Positions 13,136-28,135 of a DNA stretch of 64,000 bases are shown here, one piece after another. The position numbers and the translations under genes were made by a program. The notes below the pieces were generated by a model. That model did no database searches. It saw nothing but the letters and a program-made list of their open reading frames with translations, and was not told where the DNA came from. The DNA lies in the NCBI GenBank assembly GCA_951406725.2, contig OX597819.1:24552001-24616000 (forward strand), in the 5' to 3' direction. This stretch comes from Octopus vulgaris (Eukaryota). Positions within the stretch are counted from its first letter, which is position 1. Each line of letters starts with the position of its first letter.

Positions 13136-13530
13136 GGCGGCGAGCTGGCAGAAACGTTAGCACGCCGGGCGAAATGCGTAGCCGTATTTCGTCTGCCGTT
13201 ACGTTCTGAGTTCAAATTCCGCCGAGGTCGACTTTGCCTTTCATCCTTTCGGGGTCGATTAAATAAGTACCAGTTACGTACTGGGGTTGATATAATCGAC
13301 TTAATCCGTTTGTCTGTCCTTGTTTGTCCTCTCTGTGTTTAGCCCATTGTGGGCAGTAAAGAAATAGGTATTTCGTCAGTCTTTACGTTCTGAGTTCAAT
13401 TTCCGTCGAGGTCGACTTTGACTTTCATCCCTTGGGGGTCGATAAATTAAGTACCAGTTACGTACTAGGGTCGATCTAATCGACTGGTCCCATCCCACCA
13501 AAATTTCGGGCCTTGTCCCTAGAGTAAAAA
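13136..13530 (+). mobile_element. Nested or dimeric SINE family A
   Basis: Same GAAATA|GGTATTTCGTC junction (~13367); outer direct repeat AAAGAATAACAT. Confidence 0.88.
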
Positions 13531-14306
13531 GAATAACATGTCGGGACCAACTACCCCGTGGGGGGGGGGGGCATGTCTTAAAACAGCACCGACACTAGGC
13601 ACCAAGGATTGGAATCAAACTCGAAACCTTGTACTTACGAAGTGAATGTCTTGAACACACAACCAAGCTTGAACATATGAAATAAGTTCTTTCTTTTATT
13701 TATCAATCAAAATTTTTATTCATTGATGGGAACCAAAAGCAACAGGGACCAAAAGCCTTATTAAAAGTTTATGCCGCATTGTAATGTTTTCCTGTCAGAA
13801 TTTCCATCAAACAGTTTCGAACCTTTTCAAATGTTTCCTCGTGTGTTACGTATGAGTGATTTCCATGATTTACTAACCACAAATGCAGCACCCTTTCTGA
13901 TATGGCTATGTTCACTCACAACAGCAGAAAGAGCTCGAATTATTTATATTAAACATAACGTATTTTACAAGAGAAAAATGGATGGCGCCCAGATTAGATT
14001 CACTTTGGATTATCAAATGAACAGGTGTTGAATACTGCGATAGAATTATATTCTTTTTTTTAGATTTGCTGTCGGTAAAAAGACAAAAAAAAAGTGATAG
14101 AAGTAAATTGTTCGATGAATCGAATCAAACTGTCATTTATTGACTTTTAACTGGTGCTGTTTTCAGATCTAAGAACGATACAAAAACGAAAGAACGGAGA
14201 AAAAAATCGAATGTGCTTCTATTCCGTTTGCATATCTTTATGTATACATAAATACATAAACATATATATATATATGTATGTATATATATATATATATATA
14301 TGTATG

Positions 14307-14340
<34 letters not shown>

Positions 14341-15789
14341 TGTATGTATATATACATATATATGAATTTTATAAATGCATGCGTGTAGCGGGGCGTGAAG
14401 AAATGTAATAATCTTAAATACTTAATGATTTTGTGCATGAATGTCAGTGTATATATATATATATCTATGTATGTATGTATATATGCATATGTATATGAAC
14501 CTATACATACATACATACATACATACATACATACATACATACATACGTACGTACGTACATACGTACGTACGTACGTACATACATACATACATACACACAA
14601 CACGCACATATTTACGTGCGTACATTCGCATATGGCTGTTCATTTGTCTTTTACGTATATGTATAATACATATTTTTGCTTATTTGTATATTGTACATTG
14701 AAAAGAGCAACGGCGGAAATGCGTATTCCTATATTATCATGTATGTATGTGTTCTATTCTATGTGTTAGTGGGAGAGAAAGAGAGAAAGAGAAACTATTT
14801 TATGAACAAGAAAATTGTATGTATTTCGGTGGGTTTGCCCTCTCGTTGGCTTCGCATGGTTTCATAGCAATACAAATGTATCTCTTTTATTTCTTTTAAC
14901 GATGTTTTATGAGGGATATTCCTTATAGAAGAAAATAGGATTATCAATAATAATCATAAGTAAATAAATAAATAAATATGTAAATACATACATACATACA
15001 TGCATACGTACATGGCCGTGTGTGTGTGTGTGTGGGGGGGTCACATAATGTTTCTCTATACGTTTTTTCTGTATAGATATATGTTTGTGAGGATGTGAGG
15101 GTGCGGTTTTTGCCTATGGAGAAATATGAAAGATAACGGTACACAAAATAGGAATTTACAGATGAAAAATCTTATTATTGAGATTTATCCTGTGGTCTTT
15201 GCAAATTTGCTCAACTATGGCAACAAGCAGAAAGAAATGCGATAAGAAATAAAGAGAAGAAAAAAAATGAGCGACAAAATCAATAAACTGAAAAAAGTTT
15301 TGCATAAAATATAAAAGTAAGAAAATACAATAAAAAATCTAAACAAAACAATGGAAAATATATGAAACAAAAGAACAGGGAACAAATACTGTGAAAATAT
15401 GCAAAAACCAAACAAGGATTAAATATAACAGAATGAGAAACTTGAAAGCATTTATGAAAATTATGTTATATCATTTTCGTATTAATAAAAGGAATTTAAA
15501 AAAGGGGTTTGAATAGATGCCGGTGGAGTGTGAAGGCAGAGCAATGTTGCTAAGCCATGAAGCTTAATCTTTAACATGTGAATGGCAAAAATTACTGAAT
15601 TTCCGCTTATATCGTCGAATGTAACCTGTCCACATAAAGCTGCTCACTGTTACAAAACTAACACGGAGACCGTTAACTGCAATGGCGTCTCTGAAATATA
15701 AACGCGGTGAATAATTTCAAAGATATATACCGCAATGTGAACAATATGCATTACACGTATGTATGTATTTAGATATGTATGTATGTATC

Positions 15790-15827
<38 letters not shown>

Positions 15828-15986
15828 CTATATATATATATGTATGTATATATATATATATATATGTATATATATGTATGTATCTATTATATATATATAT
15901 ATATGTATATATCGAGAGAGAGAAAGAGAGAGAGAGAGAGATAACCACATGCACAAACAGACGCACACACGTATTTATAAACATAC

Positions 15987-16038
<52 letters not shown>

Positions 16039-16426
16039 TAAAGATGCATAGTGTGTACGTGTGTGTGTGTGTGTGAACACATGTTCCTATATACATTTAT
16101 TTTATTATTGGTTTCAGTCGTTATTGGACTTTATCTACGCTGGGGCTGTGGGTTCAATGGTATAGCTGATTATATCAGCCACATTACTGGTTCATCGATC
16201 TCAGAAGGATAAAAGTCAACTTCAACCTGGAATTTTAACTCTGTAAGCAGAAGAGACGCTCCACCGAATCAGCCCCAGCCCCGCCTCTCTCTCTTCTTCA
16301 CTCTTTCTCATACACATATATATATATATATATATATATACGTTTATGTGTGTGTGTATGTGTGGTGTGTGTGTGTATATATATATATATATATTTAAAT
16401 ATATATATAAATGAATATGTATGTAC

Positions 16427-16462
<36 letters not shown>

Positions 16463-17032
16463 GCATACTGTTGAATGAATGATGAGGTGTGCAGTGATGA
16501 GAGAATTTAGTATCTGTGCAAACATCAATATATTAATTGATATTATTATCCAATAATATTTTACTGAGGGAGAAGAATCGTTAGAACTTCAGGAAAATGC
16601 TTTGTAGTATTTGTTCCGGCTCTTTACGCTGCGAGTTCAAATCTTGTCAGGTGTCAATTTTTACATATTATTCTTTCAATGTCAATAAAGTATAATACAT
16701 GTGATGTACTGGAGTGGACGATGTTGACTCATATACTCCGCGCAAAATAAGGGCATCGCCCTTATTCTGAAATCAGAAACTTGTTAGATATAAGTTTTAT
16801 TAATAATGATTTTTTTTTTAAATTTCGGCAATTTGATTACAGCGTCCCCAGTACATGCCTGGTACTTTATTTTATCGAGCTCAAACGGATGAAAGGCAAA
16901 GTTGACCCTAGTGTTATTTGAATTCAGAATATAAGAGAGTTTTATTTTGATAATATTAAAATTATGTGTGTATACATATGTATGTATTATACATATACAC
17001 ACACACACATATATATATACATATATATATAA

Positions 17033-17068
<36 letters not shown>

Positions 17069-17073
<5 letters not shown>

Positions 17074-17354
17074 GAGGGAATATTATTCCTAACTTACAGA
17101 AAAAAATTCAATTTAGAAATACTAAACCAAATTTCACAAAATATAATATATATAGAAAAATTAGAAAAAACACCTTTTATCAATTCAATATCATTCTGTA
17201 TATGAATTAATTTTAAGGTTTTAGTATTAATTGCTTAATGGGTATTAGGCTGTATTTGGATGTTTATTGAATAAATATATTAATTAATAATCTAATTTAA
17301 TGTATATAATTTAAATTATTGTATTTAGTTTTCACTTAATGTATATTTAGTATC

Positions 17355-17428
<74 letters not shown>

Positions 17429-17808
17429 GATACTAAATATACATACATATATATATATATTAAAGAATATTTTTATATTTTGAAAGATTATTTATGTATA
17501 TTTATTAATTAATTATTTTATTATTGTAGTTTATTTTTAACCTGATGAGTGGCTATATTTATATCGAAGTGATTTTACCACTACTACTAATTTTTGTTAC
17601 TATAATCATTTCTTAAATATAGCCACGAAACACGTTTCGTTATTCTACCAAATATGTACGTTTTATTTATTATTTTGCACATTACTTAATCATTGGTATA
17701 TTATTGTTATTTTATATTTCATATTTAATATTTCTATTATATGTAATTTTCTAGATGGTGTAATTTAATTGTTCATTTTCTATTGGTAAAAGGTGTTTTT
17801 TTCTAATT
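17069..17808. mobile_element. Penelope-like non-autonomous element pieces in inverted arrangement within (TA)n
   Basis: Inverted arms 17159-17184 / 17782-17808; contains a hammerhead motif; bounded by TA tracts. Confidence 0.6.
17538..17642 (+). ncRNA. Type I hammerhead ribozyme-like motif
   Basis: AAC-CTGATGA, perfect 12-bp stem II GTGGCTATATTT/AAATATAGCCAC, GAAAC-ACGT-TTC-GTT; one substitution from the palindromic GAAACACGTGTC. Confidence 0.7.
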
Positions 17809-17837
17809 CATATATATATATATATTTAAGGATTTAA

Positions 17838-17899
<62 letters not shown>

Positions 17900-17900
17900 G

Positions 17901-17937
17901 TATATATTTCGAGCCTTATTGGGTTCTCATCAGAGGC
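17901..17937 (-). ncRNA. 3'-truncated hammerhead ribozyme-like motif
   Basis: Minus strand CTGATGA-GAACC-CAATAA-GGCTC-GAAA-TATATA running into the TA tract; no 3' stem I. Confidence 0.55.
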
Positions 17938-18118
17938 GTCCACATCACTTTGACAATCTCCAGACAAACACGTAGCCAAACTGTTTATACACTAAAGAAA
18001 ATTTTACGCACGCAGTTTTTTTTTTTGTCTTTTTTCAATAATCTGTGTTTACCAGTAGAGACTCCCTTAAATTTCTCTTTCCCTACCGTTCTCTACTCTT
18101 ATTCTCTGCCTGTACCTC

Positions 18119-18176
<58 letters not shown>

Positions 18177-18554
18177 CTTATACACACGCACACACATTTG
18201 TTGCTCCGAGGACCTTTGGCAAAGAACCATGTTCAGCAGTCTACTGGGATCACCAGTATTCGGTTTGGTCTCTCATCCTACCTATTTACTACAGTTCTGC
18301 AAATTACGAAGCTGGCTAACCGTAAAGCCTCCTCCGATGGTGATCTAGTTCTAATAGATAGTTTTTTTTAAAGGAGTTGAGAAAATTTTCCAAATATAGA
18401 AGAGTAACTTATAATTAAGAAAACTGAAAATAAACTCATCAAAGACAAAGAATTTTGTTTTCTGGAAATAATACTGCACTTCGCTGTCATCCGGGAAATA
18501 ATGACGTTCAGTACACAGAAAATGTAGTTTCGGTGAATGTTATATCACCAATAC

Positions 18555-18939
18555 GTGGAGGCGCAATGGCCCAGTGGTTAGGGCAGCGGACTCGCAGTCA
18601 TAGGATCGCGGTTTCGATTCCCAGACCAGGCGTTGTGAGTGTTTATTGAGCGAAAACACTTAAAAGCTCCACGAGGCTCCGACAGGGGATGGTGGTGATC
18701 CCTGCTGTACTCTTTCACCACAACTTTCTCTCACTCTTACTTCCTGCTTCTGTTGTGCCTGTATTTCAAAGGGCCGGCCTTGTCACACTCTGTGTCACGC
18801 TGAATATCCCCGAGAGCTACGTTAAGGGTACACGTGTCTGTGGAGTGCTCAGCCACTTACACGTTAATTTCACGAGCAGGCTGTTCCGTTGATTCGGATC
18901 AACCGGAACCCTCGTCGTCGTAACCGACGGAGTGCTTCC
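18555..18939 (+). mobile_element. Young tRNA-derived SINE family C
   Basis: GGAGGCGCAATGGCCCAGTGGTTAGG A-box, GGTTTCGATTCCC B-box; TSD ATATCACCAAT. Confidence 0.93.
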
Positions 18940-19260
18940 ATATCACCAATTTAAAGCGTTGGAGCACATAATGTTCGATGGATTCGCAGGCAGGTCGATA
19001 GAGAAGGGGATTGTAATAAAAGCACAGGTGTAGTTAGATGTAAAAGCACCCATAAAAGCTCTTTCAAATGCTTAAGGGCTCTCTGGAAATAGCCGGAGGC
19101 TTTTGTTACCTATTCAGCTGAATTGGCAGTAGACGAGAGTGTTCCGAGAGTATAGTAGCCAGCAGAAACGCGATGGCGAAAGTTCAAACACCGATTATTA
19201 TTATTGCAGGTAAAGGAAGCTATTCTCTTTCTCCCTATAAATGTGTGTGCATTCATAAAT

Positions 19261-20151
<891 letters not shown>

Positions 20152-20772
20152 GCATACATGCATACATACATATATACATGCATGCATACACACATATATG
20201 TGCACGTAAGCATGCTGGCATGTGAAAGCTCATTTGTGAATGGATGCTTGCGCATGTATGCATTGAAGTGCGGTTTGTTTGGTCTCAGTTCAGTGCTGAA
20301 TAAGCAGTCCTACAATATATAATGTATAGATTACTCTGAAATTGCTCTGTGATTCAAAATTTCGCTTCGCTGTCTCGTGTTACCGAGTTCGATCCTCGTG
20401 GAAGTCTCTTTTCCACAGTCTTATATATGTTAAAATCATTATTTAATTACTTACAACGCAATTGAATTTGAGAAATGTAGAAACTTCGCCAGTCAAAGTG
20501 AATTTCGGATTCGTTTTTGCATCATTCCTGGCAAATCCACGATAAATGGCAGCTTCTTTTAAAGCTTATGATATATTCAGGTCTTCAGTAACTTAGATAC
20601 ACGTTTGCAATCATTTCTAAGATGTTAGGATGTCTTAGTGGGAGATGTGGCTGACATTTCTAACCGGTCAAGCAATCACTTAGAGGTTCCCTCTATAATT
20701 TAGTTTTACAATACCCTCATCCTATCTATTCTTGTTTTATTTTTGCGAAACTGATAATGCTAGGTCTATGTA

Positions 20773-21094
20773 CTATATTTGATGACATAAGAGACACACT
20801 GATAGGTTAGATGCATCCTAATTTCAGCTGCGCATGTTCAAGAAAATATGTCGCTAGTGTATTAAAGCGTGAAATATTTAAAACAATCTAACAGTGCATT
20901 ACAAAACATTAGCCAAAACAGAAAACATTACCGTATGTAAAACGTTAGCAGTACAGCTGAACATAAAGCCTATAGAAATGAGTATTAAGGACAAATTATC
21001 TTATGGGAGGCCCAACCTCGCATATAGGATTTGGGGTTGTGTTTTGCGACATTTTTAGGGTCAAAAAGTGCATCTCATATGCCATCAAGTAGGG
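20773..21094. mobile_element. Old Tc2/pogo-like MITE
   Basis: Degenerate ~27-bp TIRs CTATATTTGATGACATAAGAGACACAC / GTGCATCTCATATGCCATCAAGTAGGG with flanking TA. Confidence 0.55.
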
Positions 21095-21629
21095 TATATT
21101 TTTATATTCGTACTCAGTTATCTATAAATCGGCTGTCAACGTCATCTCACATATACAGGACAGGTAAAATTCAACAAAGCATTATAAGTAGTTAGAAAAA
21201 AAAATCCCTGAATGATATATATAAAAAAAGGAATTTTAAAAAAATCCTACATCGTAATAACGACGTAAATTAGCAGGGGCGCAAAATGGGAGTTGCTCAG
21301 AAATTCTACTCATTTTGATACTTCTTGTAAGGTCGATGTCACTTGTAATGGAAATACCACACAGCCACTAACACAGGCCTAATCAATTATTTAACTGTTT
21401 AAGGCTATCAGCGTTGGCACAGTAATACGAAACCTCACCTCTATATAAAAATAAAAATACATATCAGATTTGTGTCTCCCCTGAGATGAAAAAATATAAA
21501 ATGACCGACAAATATGTATACTACTACAATGTACTTGATGCCTTCAAAGTTTTATTTCTCCGTTTCTCTATTTCTGACTGAATTTTTTATAATTTATTTT
21601 GTGACTTTATCGCCATTTTTCTACTTTCC

Positions 21630-22495
21630 GGCGGAGTTGTAAGAGCGTCGGAACCCACCCCACTGCAAAAACAAAGAAAAAATGAAACACTTGTAGTTCT
21701 TGTTTCTTTGAGTTCACATCCCACCAAGTGCAACTTTGCCTTTCATGCTTCCAGGGTAGTTAAAAATAAGGTATCAGTATAATGGCATCGACTAAAATCC
21801 ATTCTGTCAGCACTTCAGGCCCTCTGTCAGAATTTAGAAAAATATATATTACTATTGTTGTTGTCGAAAGTGGCGAGCCGGGGTAGAATCGATAACACAC
21901 CGCACAAAATACTCAGCAGCATTTCGTCCGTCTCTACGTTCTGAGTTTAAATTCCGCCGAGGTCAACTTTCTGTTTCATCCTCTTGGGGTCGAAAGAATA
22001 AGCAGCAATCAACTGCAGGATTCGAATTAATCGATTAGCCGTCTCCCACAAAATGTCAAGCCTTGTACCGATAGTAGAAAGAATTATTTTTGTTGTTGTT
22101 GTTATTAAGGCAGACACCTGGCAGAATCGTTAGTATGCCGGATAAAATAATTAGCGTCATTTCTTCCGGCTTTACGTTCCGAGTTCAAATTCCACTGAGG
22201 TCGACTTTACTTATTTTGGTATCGATAATATAAGTACTAGTCAAGCATTGAGGTGAATACAATAGACTAACCTCTTCCTCCTCCTCCTCTATAGCAGGAA
22301 AGAAGGAAGGAGTATTACTATTATAGGCGTGGCTATATGGCAAGAAGTTTCCTTCCTTCTCAACCATATGGTTCCGCGTTCAGTCCTGCTGTGTGGCTTC
22401 TTGGGCAAGTACTATCTGCTACAAGCATTAGGCTAATCAAGGCCATGGGAGTGGATTTGGTAAACGGAAACTGAAAGAAGCTTAACGTATATATA
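21630..22495 (+). mobile_element. Three diverged SINE A copies followed by the 5' half of a SINE B (22325-22495)
   Basis: Repeated GAGTTCA(A/C)AT / GGTC(A/G)ACTTT motifs; GTGGATTTGGTAAACGGAAACTGAAAGAAG. Confidence 0.7.
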
Positions 22496-22505
22496 TGTAT
22501 GTATA

Positions 22506-22561
22506 TAAATTCTCAAACGCAGGATAACGCTAATTAGCATTATCCTGCGTTTGAGAATTTA
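22506..22561. repeat. 56-bp palindrome (1 mismatch, no loop)
   Basis: TAAATTCTCAAACGCAGGATAACGCTAA|TTAGCATTATCCTGCGTTTGAGAATTTA. Confidence 0.95.
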
Positions 22562-22648
22562 AAATCACTTCTTTAACTCTCTAAGACATCTCAACGCTTC
22601 TAAAGCAAACTTCGTTTGTTTGTTTACGTTCATCGTAATTTGAATTTA

Positions 22649-22711
<63 letters not shown>

Positions 22712-22740
22712 ATGTAATTTCGCCGAGGTCGAATTTGCAC

Positions 22741-23113
22741 GATAAACAGCGCATGACCTTGCAGGTGGGGCACGGTTAGAATTTTCTTCTGGTCGAGTAG
22801 TCCATCCCGCTCAGAAGGTCCCTGAATAAGGATTGTTTAATGATGTTGAACGAACCACCCATATTTCCAAAGGAGAATTATCCAAACCTCCAAGAATTCC
22901 TTTCAACACACGGCAATGATGCTCCCCCACTACTTCTGCTTGTGGTCAGAGATGCACATATCATCAGACACTAAAGGACATGGTCAACTGGATACGGTCA
23001 AACAAATTTGTGATATTGAGCAGAATATTTGCTGTAGCCCATCTTTCATATCAAGACTAAACAATGTACATGATAACACCTCCAATCAATTAAGATTGGT
23101 ACTGCATCAGGGC

Positions 23114-23114
<1 letters not shown>
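22741..23114 (-). mobile_element. Family D (AAT)n-associated element, partial
   Basis: Reverse complement of ~4012-4418 with deletions; abuts (TTA)n. Confidence 0.8.
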
Positions 23115-23183
<69 letters not shown>

Positions 23184-23198
23184 GTTATTATTATTATT

Positions 23199-23696
23199 GA
23201 GTGAGAGAGCAGTGCATGCCATCAAAGTGACACTGAGGTACAAATATACGAAGCCCTGTATACCCATTATGACCACCAGACACATGCATCACAAACATAT
23301 TGTACGACATGGTGACTTCATATCAAGATAAACAGCACATGACCTTGCAGGTGGGGCGCAGTTAGTATTTTCTTCGGGCCGAGAAGCTCAAGTCGCTCAA
23401 ATGGTCCCTGAATAAGGGCTGTTTAAGGATGTTGAACGAAACACCCATTTTCCTAGAGGTGAGTTATTCAAACCCCAGAGAATTCCTCACAACACGCTAC
23501 TTCTGCTCGTGATCAGACATGCACATATTGGCAGCCACCAAGGGACATGCTCAACAACTGACAAAATCTCTGGTATTGAGCAAAATGTCTGCTGTATCCC
23601 ATCTTTTACACTAAGAGAAAACATGTACATGATAACACTTTCAATCAATTAAGATCAGAAGCCATAAGGGCCATTACCTTTTATTGCACCAGTGCA
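23199..23696 (-). mobile_element. Family D (AAT)n-associated element, near full length
   Basis: GAGTGAGAGAGCAGTGCATGCC ... TTGCACCAGTGCA, with (TTA)n on both sides. Confidence 0.8.
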
Positions 23697-23720
23697 TTTA
23701 TTTTTTAAAATTTTTTATTG

Positions 23721-23781
<61 letters not shown>

Positions 23782-23877
23782 TATTATCATCATCATCATC
23801 ATCATCATCATTATTATTGTTGTTATTGTTATTATTATTATTATTGTTGTTGTGGTTGTTGTTGTTGTTATTATTTA

Positions 23878-24155
23878 TGGCGGCGAGCGAGCAGAATCGT
23901 TAACCCGCTGGACGAAATGCTTAGCGGTATTTCTGTCCGTGTTTGTTCCTTCTGTGTTTAGCCCCTTCTGGGTAATAAAGAAATAGGTATTTCGTCCGTC
24001 CTTACGTTCTTGAGTTCAAATTCCACCGAGGTCGACTTTGCCTTTCATCTTTTTGGGGTCGATAAAATTAAGTACCACTGAAACACTGGGTTCGATGTAA
24101 TCCACTATTCCACTCCCACGCAATTTCAGACCTTGTGCCTATAGTAGAAAGGATT
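23878..24155 (+). mobile_element. SINE A carrying an inserted 3' tail of a younger SINE A
   Basis: GGTATTTC repeated on both sides of TGTCCGTGTTTG..AAAGAAATA. Confidence 0.8.
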
Positions 24156-24219
24156 ATTACCTCCTCCTTAGTGAAGGTGGAGGTATTGTTTTTAGTCGTG
24201 TTTGTTTGTTTGTTTGCTT

Positions 24220-24261
<42 letters not shown>

Positions 24262-24263
<2 letters not shown>

Positions 24264-24415
24264 GACGGGCTTCTTTTAGTTTCCATCTACCAAATCCACT
24301 CCTTGTGAGTGGATATAGTAGAACTAACTTGCCCAAGGTGCCATGTAGTGGGACTGAACCCGGAACCATATGATTGGTAAGCAAGCTACTTACCATACAG
24401 CCATTCCTGTGCCTA
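24262..24415 (-). mobile_element. SINE family B 5' half
   Basis: ACGACGGGCTTC..GGGACTGAACCCGGAACC..CCTGTGCC. Confidence 0.8.
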
Positions 24416-24563
24416 AGCATAGTTTTGGGGTTTTTCTGTTCCTTTACGATCCTGGAATCAAACGGGCATGATGGATCGATAAGTAAGCAAATTCGCATTT
24501 CTTTACCTATAATTGTTAAGTCAATAATAATAATAATAATAATAATAGTAATAATAAGAATAA

Positions 24564-24946
24564 GTGGAGGCGCAATGGCCCAGTGGTTAGGGCAGCGGAC
24601 TCGCGGTCGTAGGATCGCGGTTTCGATTCCCAGACCGGGCGTTGTGAGTGTTTATTGAGCGAAAACATCTAAAGCTCCACGAGGCTCCGGCAGGGGATGG
24701 TGGTGATCCCTGCTGTACTCTTTCACCACAACTTTCTCTCACTCTTACTTCCTGTTTCTGTTGTACCTGTATTTCAAAGGGCCGGCCTTGTCACTCTATG
24801 TGTCACGCTGAATATCCCCGAGAACTACGTTAAGGGTGCACGTGTCTGTGGAGTGTTCAGCCACTTACACGTTAATTTCACGAGCAGGCTGTTCCGTTGG
24901 TCGGATCAACCGGAACCCTCGTCGTCGTAACCGACGGAGTGCTTCC
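24564..24946 (+). mobile_element. Young SINE family C in an (AAT)n tract
   Basis: Near-identical to 18555-18939. Confidence 0.93.
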
Positions 24947-24984
24947 AATAATAATAATAATAATAATAATAGTTGTTGTTGTTG

Positions 24985-25015
<31 letters not shown>

Positions 25016-25449
25016 CATTATCATTGTTATTATTATTATTATTTTCATTGTTATTTATTCATCTATTTATTTATATATTTCATCATGGTCTAAATTACTC
25101 TGTTTTCACCAGGAATTCTCTCAAGGTGTGGCTCTTATTTGTAATCGCTCGTTGATCGGCGACGTTGCATCAACCGAACTTGTCGCATGCATGAGGTAAA
25201 TCTGTTGATATATCGTTTGAAACAGACACCTTGTGGGTGTTAATCGGATAGTCTAGACAAACTTGTGAGAGAAAAATACACACATGTAAACTTACATAGA
25301 CATATGCTCACGCACACATATGTATGCCAGTACATATATAGATATATGTATGCGTATGTATATATGTAAATGTATATATGTAAATATTTATATATATATA
25401 TATATTTAAACACAAACATATATGCTTATAAATGTATATGGGTGTGTAG

Positions 25450-25496
<47 letters not shown>

Positions 25497-25671
25497 GTGT
25501 ATATATATAGATACATATGTATTTATATACATTTATGTCTATGTACGTGTATAATTGTGTGCGTGTATGTATGTGTCTGTGTGTCAGTCTTTTTGTGTGC
25601 ATATATTTAAAAGCACACGCATACACACGTACATATACACATTAATATGGAAATATACAGGTATATGTTTC

Positions 25672-25722
<51 letters not shown>

Positions 25723-25761
25723 TATATATACATGTATATATTCACATATGTACTTTCTTTC

Positions 25762-25867
<106 letters not shown>

Positions 25868-26721
25868 GAATATATTATGTACATGCTCTATACACACCCA
25901 TCTCGAATTCTTATAATGACACAGAATTAACAATGCTGGAAGACAGATCGTAAATCTGATAAAATTATATCAACCGACAAAGAGACAAAATCTCTTATAC
26001 AAGATACCCCTAAAAAAATAAGCAATACAAAAGGCAAACATTCAACATATTTTAAGATCTATTTTATGTTAAACAATGTGAAATTTGACCACAAACCCAA
26101 TTTTTCTTAAGGCGTATATAAATTATAGACATAACGTTTCTACAACTAAAACACTTTAAGCCATATAGCAATATCTACTGCCTGTCGTCTTAATTTCTAG
26201 GCGTATAAGCTTTATTTATATTGCTTAAAATTGTTAGGGAAATGTCCATAGCTTTTTATGATCCGGGAAATGATGAAAAAATTAGAGAAGAATGTGGTTT
26301 CGGAAATTCATTTCCAGTTTGAATTATAAATTTTGTTAAAATTAATGGAAGAGGGAAAACGTTAGAAAATTGATGGATCTGGTGAGATGCAAATCTGTTT
26401 GAGAGGAGGAATATTGTGAGATAGATTGATAAGAAATACGATATCAGTAAAATGTCCTCCAAATGGCAGAAGGCCCAACGTTTGGTGGAAATGTTATAAT
26501 CGTTTAATTTAACTATACATGACATTTAAATGACGAGAAGAATAAAATTATGTAGGAAAAGAAGAATTGTGGTGGTTTACTATTGGTAAGCCCGATGGAG
26601 TAGCAATTGCTGTACCATCGTTAGAAGAGACAGATAGGAAAGAAGCTCGAGGGCTGACTAGTTTTATCAGACTTCAGCACGCATCAACAAATTATTTGTT
26701 TGCTGATTTCTTTTTAAGGAT

Positions 26722-27099
26722 GGAAGCACTCCGTCGGTTACGACGACGAGGGTTCCGGTTGATCCGATCAACGGAACAGCCTGCTCGTGAAATTAACGTG
26801 TAAGTGGCTGAGCACTCCACAGACACGTGTACCCTTAACGTAGTTCTCGGGTATATTCAGCGTGAAACAGAGTGACAAGGCCGGCCCTTTGAAATACAGG
26901 TACAACAGAAACAGGAAGTAAGAGTGAGAGAAAGTTGTGGTGAAAGAGTACAGCAGGGATCACCACCATCCCTGCCGGAGCCTCGTGGAGCTTTAGGTGT
27001 TTTCGCTCAATAAACACTCACAACGCCCGGTCTGGGAATCGAAACCGCGATCCTACGACCGCGAGTCCGCTGCCCTAACCACTGGGCCATTGGGCCTCC
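26722..27099 (-). mobile_element. Young SINE family C
   Basis: Reverse complement of the family C consensus; partial TSD GCTGATTTCT. Confidence 0.93.
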
Positions 27100-28061
27100 C
27101 GCTGATTTCTATAAAGAGCCCGTATTACTGTTAGATTTGTTGTAGGAATATTCAACAATTGCCCGATATCAGAATTCGCTAGAATATTACCCATGTAATT
27201 AACAAAATCTGATCTATCACGACGTCGCATAAAATAGGCTCCAGCAATGAATTTATCTTCTCTTAGCGCGCTTCCTTCTGAGTCTATCGCCCAGTATAAA
27301 TTCAGTACGTCGTGACTTATTTCTTTATTGCCCACAAGGGGCTACGTCGTGACTACTAGACAGAAAGCTTTGGGATGCAGCAGGGAAAGCATTGACATAC
27401 ACTGTAGGAGTTGATCAACAGAGACGGCGGACAACAGCTAACACAAAGGCAATGAACAGTCGGAGGACGGACGATACTAAAAAATCGGCAAGTAACTAAC
27501 ATCACTTTATCTGCCGCTACAACTACACCAAAAGCTAAAACTCTCCCAACGTTTCGTCGTTCGTAGTAACGATAACAGTCGTTCCTTGTGTACGAAAAGA
27601 ATAAGCTGCTTATCAAAGTCTCATCAGACACCAGTGTCCTTTTCCGTTCAAATTCATCGGCCCGACGAGGTAGCTTTGTGTGAGCAAATGCAATAAGGTA
27701 GTGTCTTCAAAGTTTTCTTACACCGATGGATTCTGTCTGTTATAAACACACATCCTCCGGAATGACGGAAAACAACAGCGACCTGATATTCGCGTTCGAA
27801 TCTACCAGAATGTATTAAGAATGAGTAGAAACGTTTCTCTGGCTATTCTGCATAGACCTCAGGAGTTGACATCAAAAGTTTTTCTTTAAATACTGCAGAA
27901 TGTTATCAGATGGTGAAAAGACGGTTATTTCTAGTAGATAAAGTATCGTCAGAGAGTCATTTGCTAATATATAAATGTATATGTGATATATATACGCGTA
28001 TATATGATTTTATGTGCGTGTATCTGAGTCGGTGTGCATATGTGTGAAAGAGAGAGAAAGC

Positions 28062-28135
<74 letters not shown>

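Noticed and set aside
18555-18630. tRNA gene-like sequence
   Set aside because: It is the head of a SINE repeated six times, most copies with TSDs; no complete acceptor stem or terminator
18689-18892. Recurrent ORF MVVIPAVLFHHNFLSLL...
   Set aside because: Recurs only because it lies within SINE family C copies
27545-27632. Minus-strand CTGATGA ... GAAACGTT hammerhead candidate
   Set aside because: Stems I and II do not pair
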